Assembly (NCBI RefSeq): GCF_014654725.1
Contig: NZ_JACVZV010000010.1
Location: 10,404 to 74,403 of the forward strand
Source of the DNA: Vulcanococcus sp. Clear-D1
Lineage (GTDB): Bacteria; Cyanobacteriota; Cyanobacteriia; PCC-6307; Cyanobiaceae
DNA length: 64,000 nt
Direction of reading: 5' to 3'
Positions 1 to 10,328 of the stretch are shown here, one piece after another. The stretch's first letter is position 1. Each line of letters opens with the position of its first letter. The translations under genes and the position numbers were made by a program. Below the pieces are notes generated by a model. That model did not search any database. It saw only the letters and a list, made by a program, of their open reading frames with translations, and had not been told where the DNA came from.

Positions 1-1
1 A

Positions 2-3000
2 GACGTGCAAGACGGAAGAAAAATTTCGGCCAGTGCAGCAGAAGATGCCATTCTCTCAATGGCACGGCAGGGGCAAACAGCTACGGGGATCTACAAACAT
101 CTCGTAGACGAGCACTCTGGCATCTACCAACTTGGATGGGTGACAGGAGCCACACGGAAAGGCACAGACGAAATCCGCTGGGACTGGTCTTCGGCCAAAA
201 CCATTGAAGGATCCGAGGGTTTCACGACAAAGGTTACATTGGTAGAAAGGCCGAATGGCGGGCTAGCTGTAGCAGCAAGTCATATCAATGAAAGCGATTC
301 ACTCCTTAAGCCACTGACACAAGTCGCGCCAGGTGTGATCCACCAAATCGATAGCGACGCGAAGACGAATCAGTCAATTACTTTGGGTCGAAGCACAGAA
401 AGGCTGAAGCTGCCTACAGATCAGTCCTGGGCACAGTTGGGGACAAGCCTTGCCGCCTCAACAGCTCTTCTTAGCGATTGGGAAGGGGAAAGCCTGGTCG
501 CAGGTGCAGATGGGAGTAACAATGGCGCAGGCTCTCTCTACATTCTAAATGGAGCATCGCTCAGCACGATCAACGACCTCTCAGAGTTAACCAACAACCA
601 AACACCAAAGCGCGGATTAGTTATCCAAGGTTCACGTCAAGCTGGCAGCAGGAGTGGACTCGGGAAGTTTGTTGTCAACGCTGGGGATACCAACCTCGAC
701 GGCTTCAACGAGATTCTCGCGTCAGCCCCTAACGATCTCGGGGGTGCTGGGCTCGTCTACATGCTTTATGGCGGACGATCCATGGAGTTACTAAGGGATG
801 TAGCGGGGCAAGCCAATGGGTCAATCGACCTTGACAGCCTCGATGCGCTTCAAAATTCCTGGCGCAAAGACCTGTTCCTACAGAGGTTCGAAGGCATCGG
901 CAATAGAGATGGATACGGCACGATCCTTGCCGGTGGCGGTGATCTCAATGGGGATGGCTTGTCAGATCCACTGATCGGCTACGCAGCCGGCAGTCTCAAT
1001 TCGGGTAGCGTCGAAATCTGGAGCAGTCGAGGTGAGCTCAAGTCTCGCGATTTCGATCCGGGGGCTGTTGAAAGCGAACAACAAGCTGTACCGCACTTCG
1101 ATCGCTCCCTCTGGGTCAGCAGTCGGATGGAAGATGCCAATCAGAGTAATCTTCCTATCCATAGTGCCAACTCTGTCGGCGATCTGAATAACGACGGGTA
1201 TGGAGACATCACAATCAATTCCGACAGCCAAGCTGTATTGGTATTCGGTGACAGCCTGATGCCCGTCTACTGGGAGGCTGCAAGTGTACTTGGCGATATC
1301 TCGTCCAGTGATGCTGCAAATGATCAAGGGTCACCCTCCAATACATGGACAGCTAGCTGGACTGATACAACCGGCGATACCGTGGTCCTTAGCCTCCATG
1401 GCCGCGACACCAACGGCGATGGCCTCCTCAGAACGGGCTCTGCTGAAGAGATCGACTGGATTGCGCTGCGGCTCGACCGTACTGAAGGCAAGCCGCTAGT
1501 GGCTCTGAGCGGCTCCATTGCCGACCGCTGGCAAGGTGCTCTGACGCTGAACAACGCATCACTGAGTTTCGATCTCAAAAACAGAAGCTTCACGGCTCCG
1601 ATACAACTCACCGCCTCCGGTGAGAGCAGCAGCTTCAGCTGGTCGAGCGATAACAAAGGGGTGCAAGTCGATGGCGAGGCCCGGACCCTTCGGGCACGTC
1701 TGATCACCAGTAACGCGCCAGGAGTTCTGAACGCCACGGGGATCGGCGATTTCGATGGCGATGGCCAAGTTGATCTGGCTCTTTCGCAGGCGGGCTATCG
1801 AACTATTGCCCTAGACGGTACCGGGCGGCCGGTTAAGCAGCCAGGTCAAAGTGCCGTGCTTTTCGGAAACACAAACCTGGCAGCCTCAGATGCACCGCTG
1901 GCGCTGATGCAAACCAGCGACGGCCGGACAGGACTAAAACTGAACAGCGGCGGGGAGGTGAGTTTCGTTGGCGACTGGAACAGCGATAACAAGGCAGATC
2001 TACTGATCAGTGATCCCGCCTCAAGCGGCGGTGCGGGCGAGGATCAGGCCGGACGCCAGGTGCTGCTGTTCGGAAGAGAAGCTGACGACATTGGAGAACT
2101 GGACCTTGATGAGGAGCTGGCGGCAGGTCGCGCCCAACTCATCCAGGGAAGCACTGCCTATGGCCGAAGTGGAACGGGTGTGGCCGCTGGTGACTTTGCA
2201 GGCAACGGCCGTCGAAGCTTGTTCATCGGTTCCCCAAACACAATCAGCGAAACTGATCTCCGCCAAGCGGCGGATGGGGTCCGCGTCTACACAGCCATCC
2301 AGAACGCCGATGGCATCTGGCAAACACCGGAGCGGATTCCGCTGCCAGAAGCTGCCGGTGTGCAACAGCTCGGCACCTTTACAGCTGTGGGGCATCAGAT
2401 CCTCGCCACCTGGGTGCGATCTACGAGCGATGACAAGGGCAACCAGAAGGATGAACTCTGGGCAGCATTCCAGAACCCGGACGGTCAGTGGCTTCCCGCC
2501 ATATTGCTGCAAACAAGCCTGCATCAAGAAACAGAAACGGTGACAATCGGCGAAGTCAATGCGCTGGCGCTCACCGATAGCCATGGCAAACATAACGGCG
2601 AGGTGCTACTGGCCTGGACCTGCCTTGATCCGAGCACAGATCGCAGCTTTCTGTTCCAGAGCATGTATGCTCAGGCCACGGGCTGGAGCCAGGCGGAACA
2701 GAAGGATCTACAGGCTCTACTAACAGCAAATCTGGATGCACTCAGTGGCTCTCAGTTGAAGCTACAGCTGAATCCAGGAACCGTGGAGCAACGCAGCCAG
2801 ATTTCGGCTGTCAGCGGCATCAACTCCGAGGGAGATCCGAGCGCAAGGATCACATTGATACGCTCAGGAGATCTAAGTCAGCCGCTAACTTTAAATTACA
2901 CAACGCGGGACCAATCTGCCTCAGCGGGCTCACAATACCAGCACAGCAGCGGCAGAGTTCGTTTTGCAGCCGGCGAAGGCAGCCTTAGGCTGGACATCCC

Positions 3001-6000
3001 TCTGCTCGACACAGAAAATCTCGAATATCGGAACACTAACTTCGCCGTAGATTTCAGCCTACCTCCCAAGAAAGCTAAATCCACTCGACCGCAGCTTCTT
3101 CTGGGGAAAACTCCCGTTTCCTATGCCGGAGACACCCCGATCTTGAGTGTCGTTGCCGGTGTGCAGGATAACGAAACAATCCGCATGCGGGCTATCGATG
3201 CCGGCATCAGCCTGCTAGGCCCTCTGACCGGCAGCACGGGCACGTCATCGACGGCCGGCAGGGGTGCCGACGCCAAGACGAATTACAACATCACAATGGT
3301 TGGCGATCCAGGCGCAGACCGGGGTCTGGGTCAAGTGTACGCCGTCTTTGTGGCGTCCACCGTCAGCGATCCAGGCAACGAGGGAATGGACTGGAAGCAG
3401 CTCAACGACATTGCATCACTGGATCAACCCACCTCCGCAAAAGCAGGGAACAAACGCCAACTCAATGTGCTGCTCAAGCCGGAGGAAGCCCTCATGGATC
3501 TCGACCCGCATGCCGGATTCGGGACAGCAATGGTGACACTCCGCCTTGACAAGGGTGACTTCTTCGCAATCAGCGCACCAGGCAATCTCCTTGATCCGAG
3601 CAAAACCGGACGCGTATATGTAGTGGCCGCTGATGTGGTTCAGAACTGGGCTAAAGATCCAAAGACTGCCGATAGGCCTCTCGTCCTGAACGAAGACAAC
3701 AGTCTGATTATCGAGCAAAAGGCGGGCGGGCTGTTCGGCTCGGAGCTCACCACTGCCGATCTCAATGCCGACAATAAACAAGAATTGATTGTTGGCTCCC
3801 CAGGCTCAGAAACCGTATTCGTCTTCGATGGTGCAACCTTAACCCAGACCGGACGCCGATCCCTAGGCTCCATGAAGCCCAAGGTGATCCAGAGTGCGAA
3901 CCGCGGTGGCGAGCGCGAGAGCACCGGCTTCGGATCAGCAATTACAGCGCTTGATCTAGACGGCGACGGAAATCTTGACCTGGCGATTGGCGCGCCTCAG
4001 GCGCTGCCTGTACAGGCCAGGAGCCAGTTAAATCCGGCTCCTGTAGTCGGCAATGCAGGTGAGGTTTATGTCATCAAAGGTGGCGGTAGCCTGAATTCCT
4101 TCGAGGGTGATATCGCGAGTCTGAAGAACAGCAAAACAGCGCTCTCCTTTAAGGGATACTCCCATGTCAACGAACGGGGCAGCGAAGATGAGCTACGGCT
4201 TGCAAGCGAAGAACCTCTGCCACCAGGCAGCTTTGGATTCGGCGAAGCACTGGGATCTGATCTGGCGGCAGTGGATCTCAATAGTGATGGGCTTCTAGAT
4301 CTCGCCATCGGTGCTCCGGAGTTCACCCCGGACAACACGCGGATTACGGGGCGTGTTTTAACATGGTTTGCTAATAAAACATCTCCTCGCTGGGGAGCTT
4401 CTATTGATCTCGCTAACCTCAAGAACCCGAATGCAAGTGACGGCGTTAGCTTCTTGGGGCAGCAGGATTATGGGCGAGTTGGTACTAGCCTGGCTGCAGC
4501 AGGTGATCTCAATGACGACGGACATCCTGATCTGGCCATCGGCGCACCCCTCGAGGACGGTGGCGCGGGAAGAATCTACGTGGCCTTTGGGAGCGCAAAC
4601 CGCTACGGTCCCGAAGCACTGAAAACAACCGGCAACAGCTTCAACCTCGATGCCACATCGCCAGACAGCCCCTTCCAGACATTCGAAGCACCAATCGGCT
4701 ACGAACTGGGCCGCGCTGTTTCAGCACTTGGCGATGTCAACAACGACCAAAACACCGGAATCGGCGGTGATGACCTGTTTCTTGGTAGCCCCTCAGCCAT
4801 CGCGCCACAAAAGGTTGCGAATGACAAGGGCGATCTGCAGTACACCGAAGCTGGCCAGACTCACATGGCCTGGGGGCGCCCTTGGCTCGGTCCAAATCAG
4901 TCATCCGATGTGCCATTCACTCAGGGGCTGGGTTATCTGCTGCCCTTTGGCGGAATTCCTCTGGCCCTTGGTGATCTCAACGGCGATGGCTATGAAGATT
5001 ACGCCCTGCTAGGAAGTTCCGAAGATGCCGGTGGTGCAACCCCATCCGAAGACGCCAACAAACTACGCATCCGCTTTGGCGCCGCTCTGGAGTACGAACA
5101 GCAGCAAGTACTGCTCAGTAACTTCAGCCTCAGTGAGTCGACAACACCTCTGACGAAAGACGGCTATCCATTGGTGACAACCGGGGATATTGATGGCGAC
5201 GGTTTTGGGGATTTGGTGGCCCTTACCCAGGCAGGTCTACGGCTGTTGCAGGGTGGACCCAACCTGAGCAGCCAGGGCAACAGCAAGGGACGGTGGGATG
5301 TAGCGGGCGAGCCACTCAGCATCAGCGGGCCCACCACGCCCATCTCATTGCTGACAAGTGGCGACTTTGACGGTGACGGATTTGATGATCTAGCAGTAGT
5401 CAATCAAGATATAGGCAGAGGTGTTTCGCAAACACCGCCAACTCTCAATATTTTCTGGGGCAGCAGCACTGGTCTCAAGCCCGGCTTTAATACAAAGCTA
5501 CCGAAACCACCTACCATTGGCTATGTCGATACTGCCATCAGTAACATGATCGCAATCGACGCCAATGGCGATGGGGTAGATGAACTTGCTGTCTACGGAA
5601 AAGATATCAGCACGTTTGGATGGGGCCTAAAGCTCTTGTCTGCTAATCGCACGAGCAAGTCTATTGTTCAGTTAGCAAGCAAGGCGATAGACAGTGTTGA
5701 AGACAAGTATGCAGCTATCGAATTAAGCCATGGCGATCTCAACGGCGATGGCTTCAGTGATCTACTGATTGACCAAGGTGGCAGCACTCTCTCGCTGCTT
5801 CACGGCGACAGGCATGCATACCTCAAGGAATCCAGCCTGTCTTTCAGCCGAACTCAAGCTCCAACGCCAGAAAACCCAATTCAGCGCAGCCAGCTGGCAC
5901 GCTTCATTGGCGACACCAATGCAGATGGTCACGACGACCTTCTGTTTTCACCAACCAGCTCCGCCCCACTGATAAAAAATCGACCTCCAAAGCACGGACA

Positions 6001-9000
6001 CTTCAGCTACATCTATCTCGGAAATACTTCGCCTATCAGCAGCAAGAGCGTTAAGATACCAGCGTTTTGGAGCGATAAAGACAATTTAGGCGACCCATCC
6101 CCGCGACCTGACATCATCGATTGGGAGAGAAACTACGGATACGCAATTGAATCACTGCCCGGCGAGGCCAAGCCATACCGCACTGGTGGCATTGGCGATA
6201 TAAATGGTGATGGCTTTGATGAGGTGCTGTTCTCAGGCAACAGCCTCTATGTAGGGGATCCAGCAGTCGCAGAACAACGCCCTCACTCGATTGCGCTGTA
6301 TGGCAGACCACATCTAACTCCCGCCAATCTCAGCACCACAACCAACAATGATGGATCAAGATCAGACGACGTTCTCCATCAATTGGGATCGGCCGGCAAG
6401 AAAGAGTTGCTGCTGCGGGGCAAGGCCGGCAGTGATCTACTGCAGGTGCACGCTGACCCCTATGGAACCACTGTATCCATACCCAACGACGGCATCAATG
6501 CCGGGCGCCTCACCGTTAGCGCCAGCAGTGGCAAGACCCTTTGGAGTCAGCCTCAGAATGCCTATGAGCTGGCATTGAAGGACGGAAAACTCCAAGTCAT
6601 TCGAACCCATGACAACACCACGGTGAAATCATGGGGAGACGGCAACATTGGACGGCTCCATCTATCAAGCGATGGCTGGCTGTACCTTCTCGATACAAAT
6701 AGCAAAATCCTAAGTCAACCTGACAATGCCTACTATGAATTGAATGATAACCGATCTCATGGAGCGGGTCTGCCTGGCCTAGGAGTACAAGGCATTGCAG
6801 GGTGGTTTGAAAATGCTGGCTGGGCTTCAGCACGTGAGGCCCCAACAACGACAGTAAAACAGAGCCAGCTAGTTTTCTCCCCTGAAACGGGCGCGCTTTA
6901 CCTTGTCAATAGGCAAGACAAATCTAAGAACGGCCAAAAAAGTAGCGACAACGGCAATGATCTCTGGGTTTATAACGGGCTTGAGGGGTACGCGACAGGC
7001 TTTGACGGCTCAGGCAAAACCCCTATCTCCTATCTTGACAACGGACAAGAATATAGCCGCGGAAGCCACATCACGTTGTTCAAAGGAGACGATCAAGCTC
7101 TATCGTCAACTCCCAGGGCAATACTAACGCAAGTATTAAACCCTGGCGAATCACTGATCAGCAAAAATGGCGCAGCTTTGCTGAAGCAATCGGCTATTGA
7201 ATCGATGGATTCGTTGCAAACTTCACGCCAGGATCTGCAAACTTCGGTTGGTAGTGACAAGACTATTCCCTTCAGCGTACGCCGTGTCAGCGCTGTTGTG
7301 CACGATCGACCTCTGGAGCAAGTCTTGGCAAACACCAACATGGCAACCGCCATAGACGACCTCGCTTGGTCTGCTCCTGCCGTGCAGGAGAAGGGCCCAT
7401 ATGTCGTCTCCATGGACGGCAACGGCCGACTTACGATCAATGGCCAAAAGGATGTGGAAGGCCAGATCAAACCGGGCAGCGAGCTTGCGGTGCTACATGA
7501 AGGCAATCCTGATCCTTTCCTGCCTCCGATTGGCAGCGAACCTGTACTGCTGCGACCCGGCAGGGAGTTCATCAATGATCAGATCAGCCAGGCTGTAGGG
7601 GGCAGTCGCAGCACCAACAACAACTTCACAGCTGTTCTTAAGGGCGGCCTGGATGACGATCGGCTGGGCATTGATTCCCTGCAGCGCCTGACTCCTTCAA
7701 GCCCAGATATCGCGGCAGGCCAGGTCGGCAGCGTGGATGGCGGCCCAGGTGTCGACACCCTCTTCTTCTCCACACAGCGCAGCAACAGCTCCGACACGGG
7801 TATCAACTTGGTGGGATTGGGCAGCCGCATCCGAAATATCGAAGCGATCGAAATCCCAATCAACAACACGCTGATCCTCGATGAGGCCTTGCTGCTCAAC
7901 ACACCCTTGCACAGGCTCAAACTCGAAAGCCGTGGGGCCGCCCAGGTGACCCTGCACACTCGCAGCATTTACGAGTACATCGGCGATCAAATGGATGCCG
8001 GCAAGTCCTATAGCGTCTTTACCAAATCCGCTAGCAACTTACAGCTTTGGCTTGAGCAAGGGCGAGTCAGCATGAACCAGACACTCAACAACGTTGGCAG
8101 CAGCGCCTCTATCAAACTAAGCAACATGGAGGGGAGGTTGGCCCTGAGCTCGGAAGATCCAATTGATTCAGACGGGTTAGCCGCAGACCCGTCTTACGCC
8201 TATCGCTGGTATCGCGATGGCGATTTGATCGTCGGGGCTTCTGAAGCTACCTATGGCGCGGAAGTACAGCAGGCCTTGTCCCCCGGCAGCTACGTACGTG
8301 TGACCGATTACACCGACCGACATGGCTTGAGAGACAGCGTTACATCCGAACCCATCGTGATCGATCCGGCTCGATCCGTTGCCGGCGGAACTTTGTGGAT
8401 TGGACGCACAAAGCTCGGTAAAGGCCAGAAAGCACGTTTAGGGACAAGTGCGACAGGATGGCAGCCAAGTACAGATCTGCTTCTTGCCAATTTCACCGCT
8501 GGAGAGGCGACCGAAGCAGGAGTACATAGGCTGAATCTACCAACGTCCAGTTCCAACAGCACACATGTTGGCCTTGTGGCCATGGTCAACGGAGATGGGC
8601 AAAACCTCCTGAAGAGCCAAGCTGGCCTGACAGATTCCACCGAACCCAGCCCCTACGACCTTAACGGGGATGGCCGCATCGACAGCCTGATTTGGCAGCC
8701 CGACGTGAATAGCGGCTCACTGGACACTGTCCTACTGACCACCGATAGCCCCACAGCTTTGGTTGGCAAGGCCAACGGCCTGCTGCGATTCACCCAGCAG
8801 CGACGCAGCTCCATCGCGGGGGTGCAATCGGTCAGTGTCTCCTTGCTGAAAGCACCAAGGACAATGGTGTCCATCATTGGCATCCCGTTAGGGGAAGGCG
8901 AAAGCCTTAAAGCGCTCACAGCTGGTGAAAGAAGCGCACGTGCTTTGACACTGCTCAGCAGCGCAAGCCGTAACACCCAATGGCCGCACTCAACACACGA

Positions 9001-9724
9001 TCGTCGGCGTTCCTTCGGACTGCGCACAGATCAGAAGCTTGCGCTCTTAGAGCTCAGAGGGACGTCACCTGAAAACTGGGATGGGACTAGCAATTGGAGG
9101 TCGGTCACGCTGCGGCCTTCTTCGATGGAAAAGAGCCAATCCTCCGAGCTGAAGTTCCGCTCACCCTCAGGGCTCAGATTCAGGATGAGCAGTGAGACCA
9201 CTCCTCAGAATATCGATGACTTAGTGGCACGCACCCAAATAGGCGGCACCCCTGTGCTCGATTTTCGTGGCCTGCATGACCTCAAAGTCAGTGGTACCAC
9301 TAGGCTCCATAACAACGTCAATTCCCGAACTCGCATAGGCTTTTACCCCGTCGAAACGCTGGAAGGCGAAATTCGGGACCCGCTAACCAATCAGCTGGTG
9401 GCCCCAGGCGATCCCAACTATGGATCCATTGCGAAAGAAATACGAACCAAGAAACTTGACTACCACAACAACACCAGCAGTGGCACAAGCTCTAGGCCAA
9501 TCAAGCTTGCATCAGATCAGCTACTTGCCCCCTTTGTCATCACAAACAATGAGCTGCACGGCAAGAATGCTTACTTCGCTTTTCAAGCAGCGAATCAAAA
9601 TGAGCTCAATCATTTCACCAGTCTTGGAACCAACACCATTGGCTTTGAAAAACATCCTTTTGGGCGTGGCAGATCCTTTACGGATCTAATCTTCGATCTT
9701 CAATTGGAAGCCACAGATAGCTGA
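2..9724 (+). CDS. giant secreted/cell-surface repeat protein (at least 3,240 aa, 5' partial) with FG-GAP repeats, a Calx-beta domain, a lectin-like segment and a DUF4114-like C-terminus
   Basis: One uninterrupted frame runs from nt 2 to TGA at 9722-9724, with no in-frame stop before the window edge. The GTG at nt 5 is only the ORF caller's start. At least 18 'GDLNGDGxxDLxIGAP'-type calcium loops are present. 'RITLIRSGDLSQPLTLNYTTRDQSASAGSQYQHSSGRVRFAAGEGSLRLDIPLLD' is a Calx-beta-type signature. The tail 'AYFAFQAANQNELNHFTSLGTNTIGFE..FTDLIFDL' resembles DUF4114. Confidence 0.85.
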   Translation, partial: DVQDGRKISASAAEDAILSMARQGQTATGIYKHLVDEHSGIYQLGWVTGATRKGTDEIRWDWSSAKTIEGSEGFTTKVTLVERPNGGLAVAASHINESDSLLKPLTQVAPGVIHQIDSDAKTNQSITLGRSTERLKLPTDQSWAQLGTSLAASTALLSDWEGESLVAGADGSNNGAGSLYILNGASLSTINDLSELTNNQTPKRGLVIQGSRQAGSRSGLGKFVVNAGDTNLDGFNEILASAPNDLGGAGLVYMLYGGRSMELLRDVAGQANGSIDLDSLDALQNSWRKDLFLQRFEGIGNRDGYGTILAGGGDLNGDGLSDPLIGYAAGSLNSGSVEIWSSRGELKSRDFDPGAVESEQQAVPHFDRSLWVSSRMEDANQSNLPIHSANSVGDLNNDGYGDITINSDSQAVLVFGDSLMPVYWEAASVLGDISSSDAANDQGSPSNTWTASWTDTTGDTVVLSLHGRDTNGDGLLRTGSAEEIDWIALRLDRTEGKPLVALSGSIADRWQGALTLNNASLSFDLKNRSFTAPIQLTASGESSSFSWSSDNKGVQVDGEARTLRARLITSNAPGVLNATGIGDFDGDGQVDLALSQAGYRTIALDGTGRPVKQPGQSAVLFGNTNLAASDAPLALMQTSDGRTGLKLNSGGEVSFVGDWNSDNKADLLISDPASSGGAGEDQAGRQVLLFGREADDIGELDLDEELAAGRAQLIQGSTAYGRSGTGVAAGDFAGNGRRSLFIGSPNTISETDLRQAADGVRVYTAIQNADGIWQTPERIPLPEAAGVQQLGTFTAVGHQILATWVRSTSDDKGNQKDELWAAFQNPDGQWLPAILLQTSLHQETETVTIGEVNALALTDSHGKHNGEVLLAWTCLDPSTDRSFLFQSMYAQATGWSQAEQKDLQALLTANLDALSGSQLKLQLNPGTVEQRSQISAVSGINSEGDPSARITLIRSGDLSQPLTLNYTTRDQSASAGSQYQHSSGRVRFAAGEGSLRLDIPLLDTENLEYRNTNFAVDFSLPPKKAKSTRPQLLLGKTPVSYAGDTPILSVVAGVQDNETIRMRAIDAGISLLGPLTGSTGTSSTAGRGADAKTNYNITMVGDPGADRGLGQVYAVFVASTVSDPGNEGMDWKQLNDIASLDQPTSAKAGNKRQLNVLLKPEEALMDLDPHAGFGTAMVTLRLDKGDFFAISAPGNLLDPSKTGRVYVVAADVVQNWAKDPKTADRPLVLNEDNSLIIEQKAGGLFGSELTTADLNADNKQELIVGSPGSETVFVFDGATLTQTGRRSLGSMKPKVIQSANRGGERESTGFGSAITALDLDGDGNLDLAIGAPQALPVQARSQLNPAPVVGNAGEVYVIKGGGSLNSFEGDIASLKNSKTALSFKGYSHVNERGSEDELRLASEEPLPPGSFGFGEALGSDLAAVDLNSDGLLDLAIGAPEFTPDNTRITGRVLTWFANKTSPRWGASIDLANLKNPNASDGVSFLGQQDYGRVGTSLAAAGDLNDDGHPDLAIGAPLEDGGAGRIYVAFGSANRYGPEALKTTGNSFNLDATSPDSPFQTFEAPIGYELGRAVSALGDVNNDQNTGIGGDDLFLGSPSAIAPQKVANDKGDLQYTEAGQTHMAWGRPWLGPNQSSDVPFTQGLGYLLPFGGIPLALGDLNGDGYEDYALLGSSEDAGGATPSEDANKLRIRFGAALEYEQQQVLLSNFSLSESTTPLTKDGYPLVTTGDIDGDGFGDLVALTQAGLRLLQGGPNLSSQGNSKGRWDVAGEPLSISGPTTPISLLTSGDFDGDGFDDLAVVNQDIGRGVSQTPPTLNIFWGSSTGLKPGFNTKLPKPPTIGYVDTAISNMIAIDANGDGVDELAVYGKDISTFGWGLKLLSANRTSKSIVQLASKAIDSVEDKYAAIELSHGDLNGDGFSDLLIDQGGSTLSLLHGDRHAYLKESSLSFSRTQAPTPENPIQRSQLARFIGDTNADGHDDLLFSPTSSAPLIKNRPPKHGHFSYIYLGNTSPISSKSVKIPAFWSDKDNLGDPSPRPDIIDWERNYGYAIESLPGEAKPYRTGGIGDINGDGFDEVLFSGNSLYVGDPAVAEQRPHSIALYGRPHLTPANLSTTTNNDGSRSDDVLHQLGSAGKKELLLRGKAGSDLLQVHADPYGTTVSIPNDGINAGRLTVSASSGKTLWSQPQNAYELALKDGKLQVIRTHDNTTVKSWGDGNIGRLHLSSDGWLYLLDTNSKILSQPDNAYYELNDNRSHGAGLPGLGVQGIAGWFENAGWASAREAPTTTVKQSQLVFSPETGALYLVNRQDKSKNGQKSSDNGNDLWVYNGLEGYATGFDGSGKTPISYLDNGQEYSRGSHITLFKGDDQALSSTPRAILTQVLNPGESLISKNGAALLKQSAIESMDSLQTSRQDLQTSVGSDKTIPFSVRRVSAVVHDRPLEQVLANTNMATAIDDLAWSAPAVQEKGPYVVSMDGNGRLTINGQKDVEGQIKPGSELAVLHEGNPDPFLPPIGSEPVLLRPGREFINDQISQAVGGSRSTNNNFTAVLKGGLDDDRLGIDSLQRLTPSSPDIAAGQVGSVDGGPGVDTLFFSTQRSNSSDTGINLVGLGSRIRNIEAIEIPINNTLILDEALLLNTPLHRLKLESRGAAQVTLHTRSIYEYIGDQMDAGKSYSVFTKSASNLQLWLEQGRVSMNQTLNNVGSSASIKLSNMEGRLALSSEDPIDSDGLAADPSYAYRWYRDGDLIVGASEATYGAEVQQALSPGSYVRVTDYTDRHGLRDSVTSEPIVIDPARSVAGGTLWIGRTKLGKGQKARLGTSATGWQPSTDLLLANFTAGEATEAGVHRLNLPTSSSNSTHVGLVAMVNGDGQNLLKSQAGLTDSTEPSPYDLNGDGRIDSLIWQPDVNSGSLDTVLLTTDSPTALVGKANGLLRFTQQRRSSIAGVQSVSVSLLKAPRTMVSIIGIPLGEGESLKALTAGERSARALTLLSSASRNTQWPHSTHDRRRSFGLRTDQKLALLELRGTSPENWDGTSNWRSVTLRPSSMEKSQSSELKFRSPSGLRFRMSSETTPQNIDDLVARTQIGGTPVLDFRGLHDLKVSGTTRLHNNVNSRTRIGFYPVETLEGEIRDPLTNQLVAPGDPNYGSIAKEIRTKKLDYHNNTSSGTSSRPIKLASDQLLAPFVITNNELHGKNAYFAFQAANQNELNHFTSLGTNTIGFEKHPFGRGRSFTDLIFDLQLEATDS
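675..6240 (+). repeat. array of FG-GAP (integrin-alpha-type) repeats inside the giant CDS
   Basis: The motifs recur from NAGDTNLDGFNEILASAP to IGDINGDGFDEVLFSG. Examples are GGDLNGDGLSDPLIGYA, IGDFDGDGQVDLALSQ, ALDLDGDGNLDLAIGAP, AGDLNDDGHPDLAIGAP, TGDIDGDGFGDLVALT and HGDLNGDGFSDLLIDQ. Confidence 0.8.
2790..3060 (+). other. Calx-beta domain within the giant CDS
   Basis: The translated segment ISAVSGINSEGDPSARITLIRSGDLSQPLTLNYTTRDQSASAGSQYQHSSGRVRFAAGEGSLRLDIPLLDTENLEYRNTNFAVDFS follows the Calx-beta pattern (V.R.G...... V.Y.T.dgtA.ag.DY....G.l.F..ge....i.i.i.dD). This is recall of the family pattern, not a search result. Confidence 0.6.
6500..6750 (+). other. possible bulb-type (beta-prism II) lectin-like segment within the giant CDS
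   Basis: 'LWSQPQNAYELALKDGKLQVIRTHDNTTVKSWGDGNIGRLHLSSDGWLYLLDTNSKILSQP' shows repeated 'L.L..DG.L.l......lW' units like B-lectin subdomains. This is a weak pattern-level call only. Confidence 0.3.
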
Positions 9725-9766
9725 CACGCGCAACAGCTAACCACCCTTTTCGTAGCGCGGCATCAG

Positions 9767-9828
9767 TGCACTGCACTGGTCCGTGCTACTTGGGGCTTCC
9801 TGAATAAGGCCGGATCCACTGCAGTGCA
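9767..9828. repeat. 13-bp inverted repeat (12/13 match) with a 36-nt spacer, just downstream of the giant gene
   Basis: TGCACTGCACTGG (9767-9779) pairs with CCACTGCAGTGCA (9816-9828). It could be a terminator-like stem or an IS terminal structure. Function is unknown. Confidence 0.5.
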
Positions 9829-9907
9829 AAGGATCTGACCAGTTTTTGACGGTAAAATGTGCGTGAACGGGCTGATCTGAGCCCAAAAGCGATCCGGAGT
9901 TTTCCAC

Positions 9908-10327
9908 ATGTACCGGCGTGAGCATCGTCATCAGCTCTCGTTCGAAGACTTTTTTCTGCCGTTTGGCAGCAAAATCCCTGGTGATAATCGCTGGATCAAG
10001 CTGGCTGAGCTGATTCCGTGGGATGAGCTGGAGGATGATTACGCGGCGCAATTCTGCAAGGGCTTTGGAGCACCGGCAAAGCCTTTCCGCATGGCACTGG
10101 GCGCATTGATCATCAAGGCTCGTCTCGGTCTCACGGACGAAGAACTGATCGAGCAGATCAAAGAAAACCCTTACCTGCAGTTCTTCATCGGCCTGGAAGG
10201 ATTCCAGTATTCGGCGCCATTTGATCTATCGATGATGGTCTATTTCCGCAAGCGCCTGCCGGAAGCGGCTGTGAATGACTGCAATGAACGGATTGTGAGC
10301 CATGGCCTGACAGTGATTCGCTCATAA
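9908..10327 (+). pseudogene. N-terminal fragment of an IS5/IS1182-type transposase (InsH N-terminal/DUF772-like region only)
   Basis: The 139-aa product 'SFEDFFLPFGSKIPGDNRWIKLAELIPWDELEDDYAAQFCKGFGAPAKPFRMALGALIIKARLGLTDEELIEQIKENPYLQFFIGLEGF' matches the conserved N-terminus of this family. No DDE catalytic part follows. The homology is cut at about 10320-10330 by IS21-type sequence. Confidence 0.7.
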
Positions 10328-10328
10328 A

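Noticed and set aside
5-7. GTG at nt 5 as the start codon of the giant protein
   Set aside because: The frame is already open at nt 2. The N-terminal residues show no signal peptide or start context. The gene almost certainly continues upstream of the window.
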